DNA of 64,000 nt from Flavobacterium sp. (GTDB taxonomy: Bacteria > Bacteroidota > Bacteroidia > Flavobacteriales > Flavobacteriaceae): NCBI RefSeq assembly GCF_025352425.1, contig NZ_JANXTI010000103.1, forward strand, positions 20,964 through 84,963, written 5' to 3'. The notes under the pieces are model-generated. The model searched no databases, was not told the origin of the DNA, and was given only the letters and a program-made list of their open reading frames with translations. Within the stretch, counting starts at the first letter, position 1. Every line of letters begins with the position of its first letter. The translations under genes and the position numbers were made by a program. Below are positions 57,403 through 64,000 of the stretch, one piece after another.

Positions 57403-57927
57403 TTAAAGGTACATTTCAACTAAACCTTCTGGCAAATCCATGATAACCTTTTTATTTTCCCGGTCAATTTTTATCAGGAATTGGTCAATCATTGGAACCA
57501 GAATTTCGACATTTCCGTTTATAACTTCAAATAAAGGTTGGGCAGAAGAATCATTTATGGATACAATTTTGCCGAAAATACCTAAGCGTTTGTCTTCAAT
57601 TTCAAAACCAATCACTTCATGAAAATAAAATTTATTGCCCGAAAGTTTTGGCAACATGCTAAGCGGAAGATAAACTTCACAGTTGAGGATACTATCGGCT
57701 TCTTCTTCTGAATCGACATCTTCAAATTGCACACGAAGAAAATCATTTTTGTGCAGTGAACTGTTTTGAATAAAAAATGGAACCAGATTTTTGTTGAATT
57801 CAACAAATACTGATTCCATATTCTCATATAATTCGGGTTCATCTGTATCCAAATAGATTAAAACTTCCCCTTTGAAACTAAATTTTTTAGCGATTTTGCC
57901 TAGATAGAAACAATCTTCTTTACGCAT
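57403..57927 (-). CDS. rimM: 16S rRNA processing protein RimM
   Basis: RimM N-terminal beta-barrel plus a PRC barrel. Lies directly downstream of rpsP. Confidence 0.85.
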   Translation of the reverse strand: MRKEDCFYLGKIAKKFSFKGEVLIYLDTDEPELYENMESVFVEFNKNLVPFFIQNSSLHKNDFLRVQFEDVDSEEEADSILNCEVYLPLSMLPKLSGNKFYFHEVIGFEIEDKRLGIFGKIVSINDSSAQPLFEVINGNVEILVPMIDQFLIKIDRENKKVIMDLPEGLVEMYL

Positions 57928-57939
57928 TATCGCAAGGAA

Positions 57940-58665
57940 TTAAGCTTCTGTCTCTTCGCTTGCTTCTTCAGCAGCAGGAGTTTCCTCAACAGCAGGAGCT
58001 TCTTCTGTTTCAACTTCAGCAACTTCAGCAACAACATCTTCGGCAGCAGGAGTTTCCTCAACAGCAACTTCAGCAGCAGTTTCTTCAACAACAGCAGTTT
58101 CTTCAACAGCAACTTCAGTTACAGCTTCAGGAGCATCATCAGCGATAGCTTCAGTTTGCTGCGCCACTTCGCTTTCGCTCGGGTCCTCAACAGCAACTTC
58201 TTCCACTACTTTTGCAGCTTCAACAGCGGCAGCAGCACGTTTGTCATTAGCAATTTTTTCAGCTTTCAATGCTTTCGCTTTAGCAGCTTCTTGTGCTTTT
58301 GATAAACCTTCTTTTTTAGTGTCAACTTTTCCAGCTTTTTCTTCCAACCATGTAGCTAATTTAGCATCAGCTTGCTCTTGTGTTAAAGCTCCTTTACGAA
58401 CGCCACCATCAAGGTGATGTTTCATTAAGGCACCTTTGTAAGAAAGGATAGCTCTTGCAGTATCAGTCGGTTGTGCGCCATTGTGTAACCATTGAACCGC
58501 TTGGTCAAGGTTTAAATCAATTGTTGCAGGATTGGTGTTTGGATTGTAAGTTCCTAATTTTTCAAGGTATCTACCATCTCTTTTTGATCTAGCATCAGCT
58601 GCTACGATCCAGTAAAAAGGTCTTTGTTTTTTACCGTGTCTTTGTAATCTAATTTTTACTGACAT
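57940..58665 (-). CDS. rpsP: 30S ribosomal protein S16 with long C-terminal low-complexity extension
   Basis: MSVKIRLQRHGKKQRPFYWIV S16 core. Start trimmed from 58788. The tail is Lys/Ala-rich, then Ala/Glu/Val/Thr-rich. Confidence 0.9.
   Translation of the reverse strand: MSVKIRLQRHGKKQRPFYWIVAADARSKRDGRYLEKLGTYNPNTNPATIDLNLDQAVQWLHNGAQPTDTARAILSYKGALMKHHLDGGVRKGALTQEQADAKLATWLEEKAGKVDTKKEGLSKAQEAAKAKALKAEKIANDKRAAAAVEAAKVVEEVAVEDPSESEVAQQTEAIADDAPEAVTEVAVEETAVVEETAAEVAVEETPAAEDVVAEVAEVETEEAPAVEETPAAEEASEETEA
57971..58066. repeat. 72-bp-spaced duplication inside the rpsP tail
   Basis: GCAGCAGGAGTTTCCTCAACAGCA occurs at 57971..57994 and again at 58043..58066 (encodes VEETPAAE twice). Confidence 0.85.
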
Positions 58666-58714
58666 AATCTTTTTGATTAATTTGAGGTACTCGACCTCGA
58701 TTATTTTAAGGGTG

Positions 58715-58722
58715 CAAAGATA
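58715..58722 (-). promoter_or_regulatory. -7 box TATCTTTG for rpsP-rimM
   Basis: TAnnTTTG match 49 nt upstream of ATG 58665. Confidence 0.4.
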
Positions 58723-58865
58723 GTTTTTTTTTGAAAACAAACTAATTGAATCACTTCTTTTTAAATATAAGTAGCTTTCACCATTCACTTTAACATTAAT
58801 TTTTTAAAATTTAGTTAGCACTTTTGCATTAAAAAGTTATTTTTGTGGAGAAATACATCGAAAAA

Positions 58866-59582
58866 ATGAAAAGATTATTGCCCCTTTTGATAATTGCTTT
58901 AACTATTTCTTCCTGCCAGGAAGATGTGAAGTTTAATAATCCTGGTTTTCAGGGGTTAAAAGATGATGTTTTTTGGAGAGCTGATGATGCAAGAGCTTAT
59001 GTTGATGCATCAGGTAAGTTAAGGATTGAAGCGCGTACACAATACGAAATCGTTACTTTAAATACTAGTAGTGCTAACGCCGGAACCTATGTTTTAGGTA
59101 CTACAAATGTTAATAATTCGGCGACCTATTCCTCAAATTTTAATGGTACTGAATTAGAATATGCTACCATTGCAGTTCCTGGTCCGACAGAAAGTGTAGG
59201 TTTGGTTAATGGCGGAACAGGTTACAGCAGCGGCACGTCGGTTGCTACAACTGGCGGAACGGGAAGCGGGCTGACCGTTAATATTATTGCCAATTCTTCA
59301 GGAGTTGTAACCAGCGTAACGGTTTCTTCCCGTGGCAGCGGCTATTTAGCAGGAGATTTAGTTACAGTTGCCGGTGGAAATGTCAATTGCAAAGTTCGTG
59401 TTACAAATGTTCAAAACAGCAATGGCGAAATTATAATTAAAGAATATGACAACGTGAACCATACGATTTCAGGTAAATTTAAATTTAATGCTGCCAATTC
59501 AAACGGAAGTCCTTTTGGCGGACCGATTTTGAATTTTCAGTATGGAGAATTCTATAAAATCCTGATTTATCCATCGATATAA
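58866..59582 (+). CDS. lipoprotein with internal Gly-rich GGxGY module
   Basis: Lipobox LTISSC. Start trimmed from GTG 58845. Module GGTGYSSGTSVATTGGTGSGLTVN...RGSGYLAGDLVTVAGG. Confidence 0.55.
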   Translation: MKRLLPLLIIALTISSCQEDVKFNNPGFQGLKDDVFWRADDARAYVDASGKLRIEARTQYEIVTLNTSSANAGTYVLGTTNVNNSATYSSNFNGTELEYATIAVPGPTESVGLVNGGTGYSSGTSVATTGGTGSGLTVNIIANSSGVVTSVTVSSRGSGYLAGDLVTVAGGNVNCKVRVTNVQNSNGEIIIKEYDNVNHTISGKFKFNAANSNGSPFGGPILNFQYGEFYKILIYPSI

Positions 59583-59602
59583 TTCTGAATATAAAATAAT
59601 TG

Positions 59603-59628
59603 AAACCATCCTCGCGATGGTTTTTTTG
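59603..59628 (+). terminator. rho-independent terminator
   Basis: Stem AAACCATC/GATGGTTT, loop CTCGC, T-run. Confidence 0.75.
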
Positions 59629-59680
59629 TTAATTAAATAATAAAGTACAAATTAATAACGGTTTACATTTTTTTTAAACA

Positions 59681-59688
59681 TACATTTG
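59681..59688 (+). promoter_or_regulatory. -7 box TACATTTG for the RRM protein gene
   Basis: TAnnTTTG match 23 nt upstream of the ATG. Confidence 0.45.
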
Positions 59689-59711
59689 TATTCAATTTTT
59701 AAATAAATTTT

Positions 59712-60056
59712 ATGAATATTTTTGTTGGAAGTCTTCCGTTCAGTATTGACGAAGCAGATTTAAGAGAGTCTTTTGAGGCTTATGGAACAGTTGACTCTGT
59801 TAAAATTATTACCGATAAATTTACTGGAAGAAGTAAAGGATTTGGTTTTGTTGAAATGTCTAATGATGAAGAAGCTCAAAAAGCTATCGACGAATTAAAC
59901 GGTGCAACAGTAGAAGGGCGTACGATTGTAGTTAACAAATCGGAGCCAAAACCAGAAGGAGAAAGAAAATCATTTAACAACAACCGTTCAGGCGGTGGTG
60001 GTGGTTATGGTGGTGGCGGAAACTCTCGTGGTGGTGGAGACAGAGGAAGATACTAG
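59712..60056 (+). CDS. RRM-domain RNA-binding protein with Gly/Arg-rich tail
   Basis: RNP2 IFVGSL and RNP1 KGFGFVEM. C-terminal GGGGGYGGGGNSRGGGDRGRY. Confidence 0.85.
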   Translation: MNIFVGSLPFSIDEADLRESFEAYGTVDSVKIITDKFTGRSKGFGFVEMSNDEEAQKAIDELNGATVEGRTIVVNKSEPKPEGERKSFNNNRSGGGGGYGGGGNSRGGGDRGRY

Positions 60057-60079
60057 TTTACACTCTATAATAATACTTA

Positions 60080-60108
60080 AAGCCATCTCAATTGAGGTGG
60101 CTTTTTTA
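60080..60108 (+). terminator. rho-independent terminator
   Basis: Stem AGCCATCTC/GAGGTGGCT (one G-U pair), loop AATT, T-run. Confidence 0.75.
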
Positions 60109-60150
60109 TTTTTGTTGATAACTAAAATTGATTTCTTGGTCGCTAAAATG

Positions 60151-60158
60151 TATTTTTG
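60151..60158 (+). promoter_or_regulatory. -7 box TATTTTTG for dnaE
   Basis: TAnnTTTG match 31 nt upstream of ATG 60190. Confidence 0.4.
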
Positions 60159-60189
60159 AAACATTACTTTTCAAAATCCTAACCTCAAT

Positions 60190-63100
60190 ATGTATTTAAT
60201 TTTCGATACCGAAACAACGGGATTGCCAAGAAATTGGTCAGCGCCAATTACAGATACTGGCAATTGGCCTAGATGCATTCAGATTGCCTGGCAATTGCAT
60301 GACGAGTTGGGAAATCTTATTGAACATCAGGATTATTTAGTAAAACCTGAAGGCTTTAATATTCCTTTTGATGCTGAAAGAATACATGGAATTTCCACGG
60401 AATTAGCCGAAGCGAATGGAATAGGATTACAGGAAGTTCTCGAAAAATTCAATATAGCTTTATCGAAATCTAAATTTATTGTTGGACAAAATGTTGGCTT
60501 TGATGTAAATATTATTGGTTGCGAATTTCACAGAATGGGAATGCAATCAACAATGGGTTCAATGCCTATTCTGGATACTTGTACCGAAGTTACCGCGTCG
60601 CTTTTGAGATTGCCTGGTGGTCGTGGCGGAAAATTCAAATTACCAACCTTAACCGAATTACATCAGTATCTTTTTGGGGTTCCATTCTCGGATGCGCATA
60701 ACGCTACTGCCGATGTGGAAGCAACGACACGTTGTTTTTTAGAATTGATAAAGCGACAGGTTTTCACCAAAGAAGAATTAGATGTTGCCGCTGATTATTT
60801 CGATCGATTTAATAAAAACAATCCTCAGGAAATTCAGCTTATCGGATTGAAACACATCAATCTTAAACAGGCTTCCGAAGAAATCCGCAAACAGTTTCAA
60901 AAGAAAGAAGAAGTTACTCCTGACCAGAAAGAGAAACAAGTTCATCACACCTTAGCGGATGTTGATTTTGTTCACTTGCACAATCACACACAATTTTCAG
61001 TATTACAATCCACAATTAGTGTAGCGGATTTGGTAAAAGCAGCGGTTGAAAATAAAATGCCTGCGGTTGCCATGACTGATCACGCGAATTTGATGGGAGC
61101 GTTCCATTTTGTACGTGATATTTTATACCATAATAAATCCGCTCAGGCCAAAAATAAGTTAGCCGCCGAAAACGGAGAAAATCCAACAGAAACTATTATC
61201 AAACCTATTGTAGGTTGTGAGTTTTACGTCTGTGATGATTTAAAAGACAAGTCCAGAAAAGACAATGGCTACCAAATCGTCTTCTTAGCCAAAACCAAAA
61301 AAGGCTATCATAATCTGGCGAAATTATCTTCCATTGCTTATACCGAAGGATTTTATTATGTCCCAAGGATTGACAGAAAAGCCATTCAGGAATACAAAGA
61401 AGATCTCATTGTGTTGTCAGGAAATTTATATGGCGAAATTCCGAGCAAAATTTTAAACATTGGTGAAAACCAAGCCGAAGAAGCCTTGCTCTGGTGGAAA
61501 CAGGAATTTAAAGATGATTTCTACCTCGAATTAACGCGCCATAATCAGGAAGATGAAAACCGCGTGAACGATTCGTTAATAACTTTGGCAAAAAAGCATA
61601 AGGTGAAAACGGTTGCCACAAATAATGTTTTTTATATCAATAAAGAAGATTCAAATGCCCATGATATTCTATTGTGTGTTCGTGATGGTGAAAAACAATC
61701 TACTCCAATTGGCCGAGGCCGAGGCTTTCGATACGGTTTAGCCAATCAGGAATATTATTTCAAGTCGGCTGAAGAAATGAAAAAGGTCTTTCATGATTTA
61801 CCTGAAGCGATTACCAATACGGAAGAAATCGTCAATAAAATTGAAATATACGATTTGTCCCGTGATGTTTTATTGCCCAAATTTGATATTCCCAGTGAAT
61901 TTTTAATTGCCGAAGATGAAGCAGATAAAGGCAAACGTGGCGAAAATAAATACTTACATCATTTAACTTATGAAGGCGCTAAAAAAAGATACCCAGAAAT
62001 CACTCTAGAAATTCAGCAGCGTATCGACTTTGAGTTATTAACGATTGAAAATTCAGGCTATCCGGGTTATTTCCTAATCGTTCAGGATTTCATTGCTGAA
62101 GCCAGAAGAATGGATGTTTCTGTTGGACCTGGCCGTGGTTCAGCTGCGGGTTCGGTTGTGGCTTATTGTCTCGGAATTACCAACATCGATCCGCTGATGT
62201 ACAATCTGCTTTTTGAGCGATTCCTAAATCCGGACAGGGTTTCACTTCCCGATATTGATATCGATTTTGATGATGAAGGACGTAGCAAAGTAATGGATTA
62301 TGTAATTCAGAAATACGGTTCCAAACAAGTGGCGCAAATCATTACTTACGGAACGATGGCAACCAAATCGAGTATTCGTGACACTGCGAGAGTTATGGAT
62401 TTACCACTTTTTGAAGCTGATAAAGTTGCTAAATTAATTCCGGGATTAATGCCTTCAAAATGGAATTTGGCCCGACTCTTATCCGAAGATGAAGCAACAA
62501 TTAAAAAGGTATTACGACCGGAAGAGTTTGACAGAGTAAAAGAATTAATTTCACTTTCCAAAGTAGGGAATTTATGTTCCGATACTATAAACCAGGCAAA
62601 ATTTCTGGAAGGAAACCTAAGAAACACTGGAATTCACGCATGCGGAGTTATCATCACGCCAAGCGATATTACCAATTTTGTTCCTGTAGCAACTGCAAAA
62701 GATTCGGATTTGTATGTTACCCAATTTGATAACTCTGTCGTAGAAAGCGCCGGATTATTAAAGATGGATTTCTTGGGATTGAAGACTCTAACGTTAATAA
62801 AAGATACTGTAAAACTGGTAAAATATAGAACAGGAAAAGATTTAAATCCAGATGAATTTCCGATTGACGATGTTAAGACCTATGAGCTTTTTCAACGTGG
62901 TGAAACAGTTGGGATTTTCCAGTATGAAAGTGCCGGAATGCAAAAGTATATGAAGGAATTGAAGCCAACAGTTTTTGGAGATTTAATTGCCATGAATGCG
63001 TTGTATCGTCCCGGGCCAATTGCTTATATCCCAAGTTTTATCAAACGAAAAAATGGAGAAGAAGATATCACTTACGATATTGAAGCATGCGAGGAATTGC

Positions 63101-64000
63101 TGAAAGAAACTTACGGGATTACTGTTTACCAAGAACAGGTAATGCTTTTGTCTCAAAAGTTGGCCGATTTCTCAAAAGGAGATGCCGATGTTTTGCGTAA
63201 GGCAATGGGAAAAAAGCAGAAAGATGTTTTGGATAAAATGAAACCAAAATTTATCTCACAAGCAGAAGCCAAAGGACATTCAGCCGAAAAGTTGGAAAAA
63301 ATATGGAAAGACTGGGAAGCATTTGCCGAATATGCCTTCAATAAATCACACTCGACTTGCTATGCTTGGATTGCGTATCAAACGGCCTATTTAAAAGCCA
63401 ATTATCCGGCGGAATACATGGCGGCGGTTTTATCCAATAACATGAGTGACATCAAGCAGGTTTCGTTCTTTATGGAAGAATGCAAGCGAATGGGATTGGA
63501 AGTTCTTGGTCCTGATGTCAACGAATCGTTTTATAAATTTACGGTAAACGATAACTATGCCGTTCGTTTCGGAATGGGAGCAGTCAAAGGTGTTGGAGCC
63601 AATGCTGTGGATACGATTGTTCAAAGCAGAAAAGATGAACCTTATAAATCAATATTTGATTTAGCAAAGAAGATTGATTTGCGTGCTGCCAATAAAAAAG
63701 CATTCGAAAGTCTGGCACTTGCTGGTGGATTTGATTGTTTTCAAAATACACATCGTGCGCAATATTTCCACATTGAAGGCGAAGGGGTTACGTTTCTTGA
63801 AAAAGCAGTACGTTATGGTTCCAAATTTCAGGAGAATGAAAATTCGTCACAGGTAAGTTTATTTGGAGATGCCAGCGAAGTTCAGATTGCAGAACCTATT
63901 GTTCCACCATGCGATGAATGGAGTACGATGGAAAAATTAGCCAAAGAAAAAGAAGTAGTTGGAATTTATATTTCGGGTCATCCGTTAGACGATTACCGTT
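60190..64000 (+). CDS. dnaE: DNA polymerase III alpha subunit with fused N-terminal DEDDh 3'-5' exonuclease domain; 3' end outside window
   Basis: My own translation of frame 1, which stays open to the window edge and is therefore missing from the ORF track. Motifs: MYLIFDTETTGL (Exo I), VGQNVGFDVNI (Exo II), HNATADVEAT (Exo III), PHP domain VHLHNHTQFS, polymerase core GPGRGSAAGS...LPDIDIDF, and FNKSHS. Confidence 0.93.
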   Translation, partial: MYLIFDTETTGLPRNWSAPITDTGNWPRCIQIAWQLHDELGNLIEHQDYLVKPEGFNIPFDAERIHGISTELAEANGIGLQEVLEKFNIALSKSKFIVGQNVGFDVNIIGCEFHRMGMQSTMGSMPILDTCTEVTASLLRLPGGRGGKFKLPTLTELHQYLFGVPFSDAHNATADVEATTRCFLELIKRQVFTKEELDVAADYFDRFNKNNPQEIQLIGLKHINLKQASEEIRKQFQKKEEVTPDQKEKQVHHTLADVDFVHLHNHTQFSVLQSTISVADLVKAAVENKMPAVAMTDHANLMGAFHFVRDILYHNKSAQAKNKLAAENGENPTETIIKPIVGCEFYVCDDLKDKSRKDNGYQIVFLAKTKKGYHNLAKLSSIAYTEGFYYVPRIDRKAIQEYKEDLIVLSGNLYGEIPSKILNIGENQAEEALLWWKQEFKDDFYLELTRHNQEDENRVNDSLITLAKKHKVKTVATNNVFYINKEDSNAHDILLCVRDGEKQSTPIGRGRGFRYGLANQEYYFKSAEEMKKVFHDLPEAITNTEEIVNKIEIYDLSRDVLLPKFDIPSEFLIAEDEADKGKRGENKYLHHLTYEGAKKRYPEITLEIQQRIDFELLTIENSGYPGYFLIVQDFIAEARRMDVSVGPGRGSAAGSVVAYCLGITNIDPLMYNLLFERFLNPDRVSLPDIDIDFDDEGRSKVMDYVIQKYGSKQVAQIITYGTMATKSSIRDTARVMDLPLFEADKVAKLIPGLMPSKWNLARLLSEDEATIKKVLRPEEFDRVKELISLSKVGNLCSDTINQAKFLEGNLRNTGIHACGVIITPSDITNFVPVATAKDSDLYVTQFDNSVVESAGLLKMDFLGLKTLTLIKDTVKLVKYRTGKDLNPDEFPIDDVKTYELFQRGETVGIFQYESAGMQKYMKELKPTVFGDLIAMNALYRPGPIAYIPSFIKRKNGEEDITYDIEACEELLKETYGITVYQEQVMLLSQKLADFSKGDADVLRKAMGKKQKDVLDKMKPKFISQAEAKGHSAEKLEKIWKDWEAFAEYAFNKSHSTCYAWIAYQTAYLKANYPAEYMAAVLSNNMSDIKQVSFFMEECKRMGLEVLGPDVNESFYKFTVNDNYAVRFGMGAVKGVGANAVDTIVQSRKDEPYKSIFDLAKKIDLRAANKKAFESLALAGGFDCFQNTHRAQYFHIEGEGVTFLEKAVRYGSKFQENENSSQVSLFGDASEVQIAEPIVPPCDEWSTMEKLAKEKEVVGIYISGHPLDDYR

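Noticed and set aside
57927-58148. ORFs encoding LLKKLLLL... (minus strand) and QQQEFPQQQ... (plus strand)
   Set aside because: These are alternative-frame and antisense readings of the GCAGCA-rich repeat tail of rpsP. They are artefacts of low-complexity DNA.
58666-58788. N-terminal extension of rpsP. The same applies to the extensions at 959..1018, 2677..2778, 12716..12835, 22332..22394, 27245..27274, 37331..37390, 41905..41970 and 56346..56381.
   Set aside because: The extensions begin at alternative or far-upstream codons and contain the -7 promoter box or a terminator of the neighbouring gene. The conserved protein N-termini start at the downstream ATG.
62346-63856. Small ORFs (60-93 aa) on both strands in a region the track shows as otherwise empty
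   Set aside because: The region is fully covered by the open-ended dnaE frame, which carries canonical polymerase motifs.

Overview
This is an AT-rich Bacteroidota chromosomal segment, probably Flavobacteriaceae or Flavobacterium-like. Three things in the sequence point that way: type IX secretion (T9SS) C-terminal sorting domains, TAnnTTTG -7 promoter boxes about 20 nt upstream of many start codons, and conserved neighbourhoods such as ftsX-DUF3098-uppP-truB and DUF4271-hemD-like.

Most of the window is core housekeeping. It carries sucB (3' part), ansA, tRNA-Ser(GGA), rpoN, asnS, frr, pyrH, truB, uppP, ftsX, leuS, pckA, pyrC, tyrS, trmB, an Mrp/NifU pair, gcdH, rimM and rpsP. It also carries dnaE, which runs off the right edge and is therefore absent from the ORF track. 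The track also starts ORFs at TTG/GTG and at upstream in-frame codons, so I trimmed several N-termini to the ATG that sits behind a -7 box.

Two regions look accessory. The first is 25.6-26.8 kb, the only long ORF-free gap. It holds 14-16 phased 20-21 bp units with an invariant AGGGGT core, followed by a NUMOD4/HNH-like gene with an HTH tail that abuts the stop codon of an Lrp/AsnC regulator. I consider this the best candidate for something undescribed. The second is 39.7-48 kb. It holds two T9SS substrates, one of which is essentially a sorting domain with no cargo. It also holds a TonB-dependent receptor with an uncharacterised lipoprotein, transcribed divergently from an OmpR-type two-component system, with phased direct repeats in the shared promoter region.

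Other points of note:
- A tight ferredoxin reductase / di-iron ferritin-like / 2Fe-2S ferredoxin operon.
- An alkyltransferase-like (Cys to Ala) MGMT homologue.
- Several families of short interspersed REP-like repeats, one copy of which is read in frame inside leuS.
- 6-8 nt micro-tandem duplications in several gene leaders, some directly next to the start codon.

All product calls come from motif recognition by eye. No database search was run.
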